A stretch of DNA of 61,695 nt, counting the filler, from Choristocarpus tenellus KU-1152 (taxonomy: Eukaryota > Protista > Phaeophyceae), in assembly GCA_964200185.2 (NCBI GenBank). It is 7 parts of 7 records of this genome, joined end to end, with 100 filler letters (N's around TTAATTAATTAA, not from the genome) between each part and the next. Parts side by side here need not be neighbours in the genome. Positions count along the whole stretch, not along the records: positions 1 to 27,206 come from CAXNAD020000148.1; positions 27,307 to 38,428 come from CAXNAD020002495.1; 5 more parts are not named here. One strand, written 5' to 3'. The notes below the pieces were generated by a model, which was given only the letters and a program-made list of their open reading frames with translations, made no database searches and was not told the origin of the DNA. The translations under genes were made by a program, and so were the position numbers. Shown here piece after piece: positions 24,926-38,528 of the stretch (its first letter is position 1; every line of letters begins with the position of its first letter).

Positions 24926-27206
24926 GTGAGCACGTTGCAGTGGAAGAGGGGTATGTCCTAATGTGACCTGAATGAGCAGTAGTATTACGCCCGACTTTGC
25001 AAGTAAAGGTGAGTCTAGGGTAAAATGGAGTGTGTTTTGCACTAGAGTCATGAAGACGAAGCCGCTTTGGAGTCAAGTCTTCTGTTTTTGCATCTGGAGA
25101 AAGGAGTGGACCTTGTGTTAGTAGTATGAAGACGATGGGAGGTGGGAGAGTGATGATGATTTATACTCGAAATTCGCATCTACTGTTTTCTTCATGAAGA
25201 ATGGCTCGCATATGATGAATTTCTTCTTGGAGAGGGATTGGATTCGTAGGGGTTGGAAAGTTCCATCACTTTAGTTGGCGAGTTTTGTTTTTTGTGCGGG
25301 TTTCTTCTCTGTAATTCTTGCCCAGTTGAAGGCTTCCAAGGCTCTTCAGTCAGGACTGTTTCAGAGGTAAGGTTAGGAAGAGAATTTATGACCGTGCATG
25401 TATGTGAATCTTTACAACATTTCAAAAATGCAGAGTTGGAAATCACAATTTTCGTGACTGCTTCAATGGAAACGAATAACTACTTACGTGCTTTGAAGCT
25501 CCGGACTGTTGTTGTGCAACATATCAATTCACTATTGTGACTACACAAGAGACACACCTTGTACATTGGGTCGTTTTTCATTGCAATCCGGTGATGTCAA
25601 TGCGCTGTGCGTATATCTTGGTTGTCACCCTTGCACATGGACTATATTTTTTTTCCTTTCACCATATTGGGCCGGTTACGCTATTGTGGCATGGCACAAG
25701 ACACAGTAATAATGATATCACATGTTGCTGTCCCCTTGTGTACCACTGCATTTCTCAACGCATTGCCTGACCGTATGAAGTATGGATGGTGCTGGACTGG
25801 ATGGATGGTACTGGACTCTGAAATATGCCTTGGTCTTGGTAGCATGATACATATGAAAAATGGTACACTTTGAATTGATTTCGAAGTGCACCATTTACTC
25901 AACCTTGAAGTCTATACCCTTTTTTGTCATACTGGCAAGGTTCAGAGAGTAGAGAGCCTCTTCCGATCACGTACCAGTCGTACCGAAACCCACATAACAC
26001 TACATAACACTACATAACCCCACATAACCCCACATCATCTCCTTAGCCCCACTTTAGATGATACTTCCAACACCTCACAGTACGTGAGCATTGTTATTTT
26101 ACACCTATGCCTTGGGAAAAGTATGGTGTGAGTGACTACTGTTCTATTCGCAATCAAGATTTTTTTTTTTCAAATTTGGGACAGGGTTAGGGTTAGGGTT
26201 AGATCCAGAAGCCGATTTCATGAATGGCATTCAGGGTGCCCCACTTACCTCCGCATTGCCCGCAAGTCCAACAGACTCTGGTCCAGATGTGATTACATGA
26301 GCTACATTTGTGACAACTTGGGAGGATGTATCGATACTGGTCTATATTTGCTGTTACTGATGCATCATTTTGACCTCGGAGTGTTCTTTGAAGGGTCTCG
26401 CCTTGAGTACCTCCTCAGTAGATACCTACTTTTTCATGCAAACAAGAAAACGCACTTTATATTGCAGTCATGTTTGTTTGCCTGGCTTTGCTGTAGTGGC
26501 AGTTTCAAAGTTGTAACTGTTTTGACTGATCAAGGGTAACATGGACCCGATTTTTTTTTTGTGAGGTTGGCTGGCTTTATTCAGAACAGAGACAACGAAA
26601 ATACTACTCCGAATTTATGTGTTGTATTTTAGAGCACCCTTAATATTTTGTGTGTAATAGTAGCACAATTTTTTCAATTATTTGAAAAAAAAAAGAGAAT
26701 ATGTGTACCTTAAAAATAGAAATTCAAGTGTTGTACAATATTTTTTTTAATTGTCTGTCTCTGTTGTATTTTTTCCATAGCGTTTTGGATGGGAAAATAG
26801 TTTTTTTTGGGGGGGGGCATTGGTGACCCCCTCTCAGTCCACATGCAAGCAGTACAGGCTCTTGTTGACTGACAGCAGCAATGCCATGTAGTTATGGGCT
26901 TGGGGGGGTGTTATCTGTGGTCATAGGGTTAGGGTTAGGGTTAGATACCAAAGTGCCAGGTTGTGTCATTTCTTTCATTGTGAGTATCGACCTTGTTGAC
27001 ACGTTTACACATTTTGTATAATATTTTCTATACTGTCTGTGTAAGATATGTTTTAACCAACTTGACCTTATTAATTTGTACGTACTCTACAGGGTATGTA
27101 CTTGTTTTCCCAAGAGTGTCAAGCAAGCATGGGGTCTTACATATATAGTTCAATAACGTAGCATGTCCTTCACTCTCGACATAAATATTTTTATTCTTTT
27201 ATTATC

Positions 27207-27306
27207 NNNNNNNNNNNNNNNNNNNNNNNNNNNNNNNNNNNNNNNNNNNNTTAATTAATTAANNNNNNNNNNNNNNNNNNNNNNNNNNNNNNNNNNNNNN
27301 NNNNNN
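27207..27306. other. Artificial contig spacer N44-TTAATTAATTAA-N44
   Basis: Identical 100-nt unit with stops in all six frames; it recurs six times in the window. Confidence 0.97.
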
Positions 27307-27369
27307 CCGGTGATTCTCTTCGCCACCCTTGCCTGAGTGAACCACGCCGCCACAGAATCACACGATTCA
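27307..27369 (+). mobile_element. Repeat copy, putative 3' end of an LTR (ends ...GATTCA)
   Basis: 27311-27369 matches 38780-38838 at 54/59 nt. The similarity stops exactly at the CA that precedes the tRNA-complementary site in the other copy. Confidence 0.55.
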
Positions 27370-27760
27370 CAAATGCCATGATTAATCAGTCGCTTAGACG
27401 ATTGATTTCCCAGCTCACCACGATTAATTACTACAAAAATGATATTGTACCACATCAATTCTGTGCCGCTTTTTTCGGGCATGCCTATGGGTGAACAAAA
27501 TCGGGGTGGGTATGTATCTCCTACCTTTCTCTCTATTTGAACTACTACTATACATATTTAGAGTATTGTAATACTACTATTGTCAACCACAACCATATTC
27601 CACATCACACTTTACACCCCTTCTCAAGAGCACGTATACCGGACAGTCCACAGTGTCCCTACTGTTGGTTATTTGTGGTGAATGCAGACTGAAGTTGTGC
27701 GCAGTGGTACAGCTTGGTCCTAATACGCTGGGAGCTGGCGACAAGGTTTCTTGACCAACA

Positions 27761-30700
27761 ATGGCAGAGCTTGTGGTGGAGGGGGTGACCTACTCAGGAG
27801 CAGACCTACTTGACTGCTCCAGGTTTGGAGGGGTGTACTATGTCACAAAGCTGGGAGAGAATCACGCGCAGGTGCTTTCGACAAGGGCCTAATCCGAGAG
27901 GCTACAGTTCCGTATGTCAACCTTCGACCAATCCCACTTCTACTATCCCCACTCCTCCACCTCTCTCAAACGCTGTAATCGTAGATACGGAGAACTCGAA
28001 GATGTGAAGTCAATCCTCGACAGGGGCGTTAATATTAACTACCAAGATGCACATGGTAACACCGCCCTTCATCTTTCGTGCGCAAACGGACACGCTGGAG
28101 TCACAAGGGAGCTCCTTGTTCGTGGGGCAGCACACCTCCCGAACGGGGCAGGTAACAGGTGTGCTAAATCAAACGCCTCCACGTGACCGCTTTCCACTCT
28201 TGTTGAGGCGAAGTATGCATGAGTTAGTGGGGGAATGTGTGTGACTACTTAAAAGCTCACGACTTATTGATTCGTGATGTCTAGTGTAGACGACGCTGTC
28301 TTCTACTTTGGACCCATGCACTCGGTGCGTCCATCCCTTGTTCACCCCCCCCGGAATGGACTAATCCAGGCCATTGCACTGGGCAATTCAGAACAAGCAC
28401 AAGGCCTGTGCTGTCGCCTTGCTTGAGGTTTGCCCAGAGTCCAGCCAGATCAACGTACTCGATCAGAACGAGTTCGGGAAGAGCGCTTTATCTAACGTGA
28501 GAAGGGCAAGTTGGAGTTTTCGAAGTGCATTGCTTATCAATTCGGTACGAGCTTCATCTTGGGACTAGATAGACACATTAATATGCACTTCAAATACAGA
28601 CCTCAGAAAATAATCTTTGGTACAATGTAGGCCATATAGAACATAAAAACAACTATGAACGACCAATACTCATTATTTTTTTGTAACATTAAGATCCCCT
28701 AGTTTATTGTGGTGTCACTTGTATAATGTCGCTTTATACCCCTAAGAAATATGTGCTGATTAAAAGGCCCACACTCTCCAGGAAAGCAGAGAATCAGTAG
28801 CTCTGTGAAACTGTTGTGAGGTGGGCTTGTTTTATCTTCATAATGTTGACCAGTTCATAGCGGCACATTGTTTTAATATTTTCCCAGATCAAGGAGCATC
28901 TAATGGCAAGAGGTACAGCACCAATGAGACTTACTTGTGCACAATAGTATGTCATTTCTTCACTCTCACCATTAATCTACTGCAGGCGTTCATGACTGCA
29001 GATGCAGACCTGGTGAAGCTAATCCTCACGCACAAGTCGGCAGAGGAAGACATGTTGTTATCTCAGTCCAGCCTGGGCAAAGGGGGACAAAAAAACAAGC
29101 CTAATAGCCAAGGCGATGACTATTGTGGGGCCGGGGGTGGAGAGAGGCGAGCTGGAACAGATGGTACAACAGGTATCGAGAGAGAGGAACACAAAGAGGG
29201 CCCAAGTGTTGTTCACAAACTTGTGTTGGACCCTCCTGAAGGATGGTCAGTTGTGCTTAGCAGTGAAACTGAAGGCAATGATGAAGAACCAATAGAAGGC
29301 AAAGGGGGAGGGGGAGACGGAATAGGAGATGAGAAGGTGGTGCCTAAGACAGTACTGGTCCGCGAGCTCCCCATCCCAAATGCGGATGAGTGCTTTGGTG
29401 ATCAGCCAGAGGAGGACACAACTGGCTTAGGTGTCTGGGGCTCAGCTGTGGTGCTTGCGAGATGGATTGCTAGCCCTGACATACGGAGTCGCTTGCAGGG
29501 GCTAACAGTGGTAGAGCTGGGAGCGGGCTGTGGTGCCAGGTGGGAGGAGAAACCATTAAGTCATTTTTGTGCATTCTTAGTTCTGTCATATGATCAGACA
29601 TATTTATTTTTTCATGTTTTCCTCTGTTACCTTCATACTCAAGCTTCCATTCAATTCAGTTGTGCATAGTGGCTTGGATTCCTTGTGGTTGTGTAATCAG
29701 TGCCAGTCGCGGTCTGTACATTTTGTCATCTCATTATGTTCTGAGAGTCTCTGGTGACCGCTGCATTTATATAACATTCTTTGTAGATCTGCCTGCCTTG
29801 CTGTATATTTTGGTGTGTGCAGCATGAGGTAAGTTGCTGGAAGGATCTGTTTTGTTGAAGAGTCTGAGTATAATGCTTTAAAAAAAAGGCATTAGCAGTC
29901 CCACAGCAGTGTGAAAGAAGACTAACTTCTTTTCTGACCCTATGAAACAATGATGAAAAAGGGCAGCCAATAGTCGGGTATGAAATATAGGGTCAGGGAA
30001 CTTTCTCGTTTTGTATTAACTGCGATGCTTATTGATTTCAGCACAGTTGTGGTGCTTTGTTGCGTTGGACTCAAAAGAGGAATATACCATCACGGTTAAG
30101 ATCTGCTGAGTATTAGACTTCCCTATCCCTGCCCAACCCCTATCCTCCAATGGATGCAGTTCAATAGCTGCTGCAGTATACTGCAATCCAGCCTGTGTTG
30201 TGGCGACTGACCTGAATTTTGAGACAGTGGCCAATCTTGAGCACAATGTTAAGCTCAACCAGGACCGATACTCAACCAACACTAAGGTACATATTGTTGG
30301 AGGCTGCTCTTGCTTGCTCACAAATCGTGTCTTATCATTGTAGGGAATGATGTGTGATCTGCAAAAGGTTGAGGCGTTTTTGTAATTTGTGTGTTGCTTT
30401 GTGTTGAGGAGGGGCCTGGGGAATGATTCAGGAGGTTGTTCAGTTTGTGTCCCATGTTTTCCTTGGAGATGTTCTGCTTGGTTTTATGATAAGTGTTGCT
30501 TTTTTGGTTAATCGTTTTTTTTTGGAGGTATTATTATCTCTTGCATTTCATGCTGTTTTGTTTCTTTTGTTTTTTGGTGTTTGAAAAGTGGAGTATTTGA
30601 GTCAACGTTGTTCCACTCATGTCACAAAACTTCTAATTTCCTCATGTTCAAAAAATGATAGAGCTTGAGTCTGTCAATTAAAAAGAAAAATGTAGGAAAA

Positions 30701-31392
30701 ACTAAAGTTCCAATTTTAGTACATGCATCGTTCTTATTAATTTAATAGTATCTGGTGGGGAAGCCTCAATGTTAGATGAACTAACCGCTACCATCATGCA
30801 GTAGCTACCGCACTCCCCTGCTTTTCCTTATATCTGGTTGTATAGCCTTGTTTTGACTGGAGCGCCCCTCTTTCCTTTCCTACTCATCCTTCCTCCCTCC
30901 CACCCCCCCTTCTCTTCTCATTATGTTTTGTTCCTGGAACAAACCTCAATGACACAACCCCTTGTCTGGGCTGGCATGGTCTTGAAGATCCATGCTGCAC
31001 GGCTCTCATGGGATGATGAGTCAACGTGGGAAGATGCTCGGGCCCTGAAGGCAGACATAATCCTTGGAGCAGATCTGGTCTATCAGGGAGGAGCTGGATC
31101 GGCTCTCATGCATGCCTTGGTTGGCCTACTGAAACCAGGGGGCACATTCCTCCATGTTGCTCCAATGGGCGATCGAGAGGGCCTGGAGGGTTTCCTGGAA
31201 GGTCTGACGGCAACTTGTGGCAGTGAGGAGGGTGGTGGAGGAGGTGCCTTTGAACTAGTTCAAGCTGTGGATGCCCCTGAAGACTTCAGGTCGAACCCGC
31301 TGCTGTCACGCTCAGAGGCTGACTACCTTTTGCACTTCACAGACCTCAATACCTTCAAATACCGCCTGCATGAGTTTCGACGTCAAGTATGA
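27761..31392 (+). CDS. Ankyrin-repeat (Yar1-like) + class I SAM-dependent protein methyltransferase (Methyltransf_16/METTL21-like) fusion, ~482 aa, 6 exons
   Basis: Exons: 27761-27822, 27985-28158, 28370-28496, 28986-29539, 30160-30286, 30988-31392. Ankyrin motifs are RYGELEDV, GNTALHLSCANGH, GNRPLHWA and NEFGKSAL. Methyltransferase motifs are TTGLGVWGSAVVLARW, VVELGAGCG (motif I), VVATD (post-I), LSW and DIILGADLVY (DxxY). Confidence 0.88.
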
Positions 31393-32249
31393 TGTTGCTG
31401 TTGTAGCACTGTGCAGATTCCAACTGACCTGTTGCTTGGCATTGCATTTAGCACAAACCTTTGTGCTGGGTTCAAGGTGGGGTACATGCAGGTGCCACAC
31501 CTGTTGAAGATTGCATGCTAGACTGCTGTCTGAATCCCTTGCGATGGATAGGTGTGTCTGCTGCAATTTAACGTTGAGGTTTTTGGGGGGCTTGTTTTTG
31601 ACATTTAATGATCTGTATCCTTTGTGGTAGACCCTAATGTGGCCCGTGGCTGATATGGTTGATTCTTGGCAGGTAGTGTAGGAAATACTCTCTCCTGATA
31701 ATCCTCTCTGTGTTGTATGCAGCTTGTTTGCTGCTGCTGTGGTAAGACTGACAAAGTTGGTGTTTTTATCAGGTTTTAATGAGTGTGGCAGTGGCAAACC
31801 AGTTCAATATGGATATGCAGTAGTAGCACTAGGAGTTGTTTTTGCAAGGAACTGGGTCAACCATAGCAGAAACATGGGACATTAGATGTGTCTGAATGCC
31901 ATGTGCTTTGTACCCCCAAAATAAACTACAAGATTTTTGTTTATGTCGTTTTCGGATTTGAGAAGCTAACCTTAATAAAAATTCAGACCAAAACACACAC
32001 GAAAGTATTCTGCCATGGAGAGGTTTGAGTCGGTTTGAGCCTCTCTCATTACATCGTAAGTCCTCTCATCACAAGATGTTTTTCTACAACATAACAGACC
32101 ACTGTGCTTTACAGGCATGTGCACTCCCTTAGAAGGTTGCACACGTATGTGTGTGTCAAATATCTGCATTAGAATGTAATTGCATGATGCAAAGCTAGGT
32201 TTGCCCCCTTGTTATTTCCAGGCACAGTTGGCTTACTCCATTAGCTCTT

Positions 32250-34216
32250 TCATCCCTTATCTTGAGTGTCCCTCCTGCCATGACCACGGCTCGCACCAAG
32301 GTCTTTCTTGGCCTTGCTACTTCCATTACTCAAGGTTGCCACGGCAATTGCACTTCCTGCCGCTATATTCCGATGTGTCACTTCAGCAGCCTTGAGTGAT
32401 GTATAGATAAATGTCCTGTTCCCGAGGTTCAGATGATGGCATCGAAGGGGACGGAAATCTGTGTCTTGCAGTGGGATGTCCATGTCCCGGCCAAGTAGTT
32501 TCTCCTTACCACACGAGGAAGTAAATATTGGCAAGGGTGAATTGCTGTGTGAGTATACATACTTCTTTTGTTGACTAGCTAGAGATGAAAGTGTGTGATC
32601 CCTATGAATTGATTCATCTGGTGAGCTGAAGCTCTTGTTGAGGAAGAAAGATGAAATACATCAAGTAACTCAATAGTTCCTAGATCAAGCTCTAGTATGC
32701 AGTTGACCCAAAGTGTCTGGGAAGGGGGGGGGAGTCTACACCATGGTGTCCATTTGGACCAAAATCAGGAAAAGTACATTTACATTATCCATCCGACATA
32801 TGAAACCAAATCACCCAAAAATGGCGACATGAAAAAATTGACCCAAAATGGACAGCCACTTCCCCCACCCCAGATTCTTTGGGCCAGTTGGTTGACATTG
32901 TGCGCAAGGAATGATAAACCGAAGCACGTTTTTCTGTCTTTCCATTTTTTTTCGTGGATTTGAGTGTCTATGTCGGAACGCCAAGAAACACGTAGTATCA
33001 ATACTGTACCATAAAATATCCAGTGTACATGGTATACAAGTAGATACCTCAACATTAATGGCACGTAAAGAATTCATTAACAGAGTGTTGAAATGAACCT
33101 GTCAAGGTGAAAAGCTTGACTCAAAAATTCTTGAAATGTTTTCACCTTGTGCCGCATTTCTTCCTGAAGTCTATTTAGCTCTGATATGCAGTGCTCCTCT
33201 AAAAGTCTTTTTTTGGTCGTTTTAAATTCTGACACATGCATTAGACATATCTTATGGTCAGAGTTCCGAGCTTCATCCAATGCTGTCCATCCCCTCCAGT
33301 TCCTGATTGTCACATCAGGGAAGGCCCGTAAGAGACTGCACACACTCTCGGCATGACCATGTCTGGCAGCAAGGTGAAGGGCAGTGTCGCCATGGTGGTT
33401 AACCGTATCAATGTTGTAGCCATGCTCAATGAGGATCACAAGGTATAAGGCCTGGCCATCCATTGCTACCTGATTCGATCCGTCATACACATCATGGAGG
33501 AACAGCACCACACCAGTAGCAAATGACGATGTGCTTACTACTACGTCAAAAGATCTCTACGAGGGGTGAAGTGCATACAACACACAGATATAGATGTAGT
33601 AGTAGTTTCAAGGTATGTAGTTGGCACTGAAGTATGGTGCACTAGAGAGGTGTTCACTCTTGAGAACCATGAGAACAGGGTTCGCCAACTCGGACCTTTG
33701 AAATGCTTCCTGACACAACGGTCGTTGCATGTACTAATCTCTTGGTGGTGGTGTCTTCAGTCCATAGATTTCTAGACGAGATTGGCACGTACAACTAACT
33801 GTGATGATTTTGTACTTAATAGTATATATATATTATATATATAGATATATAGATGTTTACGTTGTCTCTCGTCTTCCAATGATATTCCAATCATGTTTCA
33901 TGTTGAGGTAGGTAGAGGTGAGAAGAGTGGATGGGATGGTTTTTTAGTTTCTGGAGTTTTACGAAGAGGATCGATCGAGGAGGAACGAGAAGGAACACCT
34001 ACCCACCTGATGTCCCACCGTATTCCCGTGGCAGTCTCGCGAGTCAGGGTCAAGCCCTTCCTCTGTTAGTAACCGAAAGAATTCCTCTGGTCTATTATCA
34101 ATAACCGCAGTGAGTAAGAGGCGATGAGATCGTTCCTCGTGGACTCCCTTGTCAAACGCACGTTGGCATCGATTTGATGGTCGCTTCACCAATACTTGAA
34201 ATATGTCTTGATTCAT
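32250..34216 (-). CDS. Ankyrin-repeat protein, ~224 aa, 3 exons
   Basis: Exons 34216-34007, 33469-33146 and 32390-32250, all phase 0. Motifs are DSRDCHGNTVGHQVA, NHHGDTALHLAARHGH and RNWRGWTALDEA. The last exon is less certain, since exon 2 could run to a stop at 33077. Confidence 0.8.
32704..32886 (+). mobile_element. Non-autonomous ~185-bp inverted-repeat (MITE-like) element, intronic
   Basis: It begins TGACCCAAAGTGTCTGGGAAGGGG and ends CCCCACCCCAGATTCTTTGGGCCA (inverted repeat). The body is shared with copies at 54900-55081 and 55862-56061. Confidence 0.75.
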
Positions 34217-35228
34217 CGAGGAGGATACCTGTATGTGCACTCTCTAAATCTTCCTTGTTTCGTTCACTTCGTTGGCTTCGTTTACTTTTTCACCACACCA
34301 ATATTGCATAGACTGTAATAGGGAAGTGTTCGTGTTGATTGAATCTTGGTCGACTACGCACCATCACACACACGTTCCAGTTTCTAGTTAGAGTCACAAC
34401 TTAATACAATTTAATGTGACATTTCCATTTTTCAAAACAGGAATTAAAGGAAATTTTGTCTCTTCAATATATAGGAATAGTGTGAACCTCAAAACTTGAT
34501 ACAAATTATGTGTCTTTAGAAACGGACGGTTACAACCCAACAATAGTAATACTATAAATATTAGTATGTACTGTAATACTTCGTATAAACTATACCAGAC
34601 AATGCCAAAATGCCACGTAAATGCCATGTGCAAGAGTGGAGGATAGGTGGGGGGGTCTGTAGTATGTGTCCAGGACGTTCAAAGAAAGCGGAAAATCTTG
34701 TATCTATCACATATCTGAAATATAATCGGATTAGTTGTGTTCTGAAATAATGTGCTGCGACAGTTACACCACATAATAAATTTTAGCCACCACAACTCTC
34801 AGACCTCCGACAATCTGTAGTTGGTGTAATATTTTTTGTCCATACTAATAGTACTATTATATATCACGCCTTCTTACGCAATACAAGAAATGGGCGCTAG
34901 TACCCTCCCTGCATCCTCCTATACTTTAAACCAGTTATCCATGCAAGTTCTATCTCTGGTATTAACCTTGCGCCCCATGCGCTACAGGTAGCCTCAATCT
35001 TCCCTCTCTGTCTCTAGCTAACGGTGAGATGGACTTGGTATCCTTAGGGTTACAGCAGCTATTATTAGCCCTCGACAAACCGCCCGTTGATATATTCGTA
35101 GGGGTTTACAAATTACTCTTGTCATAGTGATAGGATGTGCAGGCATTGCTCGAAGAATACCCGCTAACGAGCCTGCACAGGCCAATTTCTAATCCAACCC
35201 TATAAAACTGCAGTGCGAGAGTTCGCAT

Positions 35229-36694
35229 ATGTCCGACCTAGTCGGTGGTTACACCGCTGTGGGACGTTCACCCTCTCGCCCATCGGAGCGAGAACGTGGG
35301 AGAACATCTCGGAGACTACAGCAAACGCGATCATTGTCACCGACAAAAAGCTCCGAGGAACTGAATGATGATGGGCGTAACAGAATGGCTTACTTCGGGT
35401 CAGTAAAACTCAGGGACAAAACTGGAATTAACAATTTTCTGTTGCGATGAAATGTGTTGGAACGAAGTTTTGGGTCAGCGATTTGGTTCAAGGCTAGTGT
35501 CCGCTCCCCTTCTTGTCTGCAATGTAGAAACTCCTTCATCATGTCTCTGAGGCTCTCCTATCTTCCCTGCAGGAGTACCCATTCTGATCGAATGGGTATC
35601 CCTTCCAATGGAAATCCTGCAGCTCTTCCAGCATTTCTTACGATGAACAGTGTGCAGGGCTTGGTTCATCCCGGCACAAGGGGCACAAGCCCGTCGCAGT
35701 CCCAGGGTTATCGACATTTCAATAGCACTCCTGTTTCGAGTCTCTCGGTCACGCCGCCGAGAAGGCAGTTTGCTTTCTCACGGGAAGGTGGGGGCTTGGG
35801 GATACCTAGCGAGGTTGACGACAGCATCTCTGATCTCAGCTCCCAGCCCCAAGGAGTTCCTGCGCATGGGCCTGTCAGAGGAGAGGATGCTGATGATATG
35901 GAGATGGGAAGCCCAGTGCCTTTGCGGGGACTGCAGAGAGCGGATGCAGGTCTCCCTAAGCCCCAATCGCCTTTGCGCGCTATGCTTGGCAGCATTGGGA
36001 GGATGGGGAGTATGAAGGTGGGCAGGAGAGTGTTGGTACATACTTTCCCTCATTTGTTTCCTTTGATAGTCTTTTGCGTTTGTTCTCGACACGTTGAAAA
36101 TGTCCAACGAGGCGAGTGATTGGGTTATGAATGCGACTGTCGTTTCGACGAGGAAATTGTGATATCTCCGCCTTTCATACCTTTTTGGTTATCAGTTTCT
36201 CTACAGACAGAGTATGTTCGTTGTGCTCAAGTTCACCGGTGCTGTGCCTGGACTGTTGCTGCAATATATACCCTTTTCAATAGATTCCTCAAATCTGCAG
36301 TTGTCCATGAGTAGAGCCAAACCACAAGTAACTACTATACTCCTGAATCAAATTGATCTCCCTACTGTCTCTTGGATCTTTGACACTCTGTAACAAATAC
36401 ATTCAGACACGAGAAAACCCCCTCCCACAGAGGAGTGATTCCATGGGCAGAGGGGGTACATGGCAGACATCTGGTAATAGCCCCTCAAATGGCTTGCGCT
36501 CCCGAGCTGTGTTTGAGTCTGCCCAGACGGTCAGTGCCGCCCGAGCGGAACGACTGTCTCCTGGTTCTACCTTCTCCCCGAGAAATCTGAGACGCAATGG
36601 ACAGTGGGGCATGGACACCACATCGTCAGGGCCTGTTACACAGTCCCCAGACAGAGGACTGCGTGCCACTCGTGAGAGCCTGTCAACAATTCAG
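35229..36694 (+). CDS. Ser/Arg/Pro-rich, probably disordered protein of unknown function (5' part)
   Basis: Exons 35229-35398, 35573-36017 and 36407-36694 have GT-AG boundaries and consistent phase. Continuation after ~37700 falls in error-rich sequence. Confidence 0.65.
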
Positions 36695-38428
36695 GTGGGT
36701 TGACAGGCGGGACATTGCGGGGGTGGTGGGAGGAGAGGAAGGTTGTGATTGGTTCTAGGTATTGAGGAGGGTGTTAAAGTGTACGGCTTAATACATTGTT
36801 GATGTTGTGAGGTGTGACTGCACTGCTGCTATTGCTCAGTGATGGATTTGCGCTATAATTGGTTGTTTTTATCCTTCATTTCTTTGTGCTGAAGTATGAA
36901 GATGTGTTTTTTCATCAGCAGAGCAATTTTCTGCCCTTTTGTCATACATGTACCACGCTGTGTGGAGAGTAATGCATGATGAGAATTCTGTTTGCAACAC
37001 AAAACCAAATTGTGCGTGTAGTTAAAAGTATGTATAGGTATATATATATATATATATATTTTTTTTTTGGGGGGGGCAGGGACTTGAAATACAACATGCA
37101 GTAGTATTTAGCAGATGCTTTTGGTAGGTGTGACATTTTCTTTTTTATCTTTTTGTGGATTGAGGCTCCTTTGATGCCAGACTTTTTTCATGTATCGGGC
37201 CTTTCTTCATAGAGGAGGGTTGTATGGCAACAGTTTATTGTTCAATCCCCAACAATTCGCACCCAGCAATACCTACCACTACCTCATTCCACACTGAGTG
37301 TGTGTAGGTGGGTTTGGTAAGTAGCTGTGCCGGAGTAGAGAGCCAGCAATAGAATTATTTTTGCTGTTCTCTTTATTTCACATTTTTTTTTTACAATTGA
37401 GAGGGTTTGAATTTGCGCCACCGCTCTCAGAAGGGTAGGGGGGAAGAATGATCAAGGTTTCAAGTATATACTGCTTCTGTGTCTGGGTGAGAGCCAGTTG
37501 TCGGTGTATCAGTGAAGCGCAGTGAAGGTACTTCATTGCATACGTGTGATCTTTCCCAGGGTGGAACAGACCATTTTGTTTGATATTTTTTTGTCCTTAG
37601 ATATGTGTGATCCGAAGATATAGACTGTTTACATACGCCTTACAGTATTTCTTGCTGTTAAATATCATTAAATATATTTTTTTATCATGCTTGTCTGAGG
37701 GATCCCAGGCCTGTGGTGAAGAGGGTAGTGAGAAGAAGGCCAAGAGAGAGACCCTGCTTGATTAAAAAAAAAATCCCGCTGCGGGATAAGAAAAATGTAA
37801 GGAAAAAAAGGGGAAGAAAAAAAAGACGATAAAATAGAGAGAGGTCCAAAGAAGCCAGTGTATCCATGGTGTGCGACGACGAGAACTCAGGTGTAATTCT
37901 CTAGTAGGACCCCACAAGACTTGCGTTGTACCGGTCCCGTCGAGGTGGAAAAGCGCCATCCATGGTGTGGGCCAAGCGAAGGACAGCATAGAGGGATTGA
38001 GAAAATAAACGAAACGGAAGGGATGCAAGAAAACATCAATCCTCAAAAGAGAAGTGGGATGAGGAAGCAACACGTAGCAGCTAGTGGTGGTAGCGGCAAT
38101 GGGTTGCTTGGGCTGCCTTAGCTGCTCCTGGCCTCTTCGCCTGCGAACAACAGCTATCACGACTTCCTCGGAATGCCCCCAGTCGCTTTCGGGGTATGTG
38201 TGGCAGAATGGAGAGAGCCAGCAATAGAACCAACCGCCTCAAAGCTATTTTTTTTTTCCCACAGCGATCATGCGCGGGGGGGGGGGGGGGAGGGGGGTCA
38301 AGCCCCCCCCGGTTTTGAGGCCAAAAATACTTTTTTTTGTCTTTTTTTTTTTTGGAAGCTGCGAGGGGGGGTTTCAAGTACACTATTTTTTTTTACAGTT
38401 TCACAAGGAAATAGAGCCAGTGCAAATG

Positions 38429-38528
38429 NNNNNNNNNNNNNNNNNNNNNNNNNNNNNNNNNNNNNNNNNNNNTTAATTAATTAANNNNNNNNNNNNNNNN
38501 NNNNNNNNNNNNNNNNNNNNNNNNNNNN
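38429..38528. other. Artificial contig spacer
   Basis: N44-TTAATTAATTAA-N44. Confidence 0.97.

Noticed and set aside
26132-26539. Candidate next MinD exon (HHFDLGVFF)
   Set aside because: It does not match the expected D.DIGLRNLD motif and lacks suitable splice sites.
37700-38428. Possible readthrough or recoded exon with many stops continuing the Ser/Arg-rich gene
   Set aside because: It is homopolymer-rich sequence at a contig end, most simply explained by sequencing error. The same caution applies to 44700-44830, 50400-51070 and 61600-61695.
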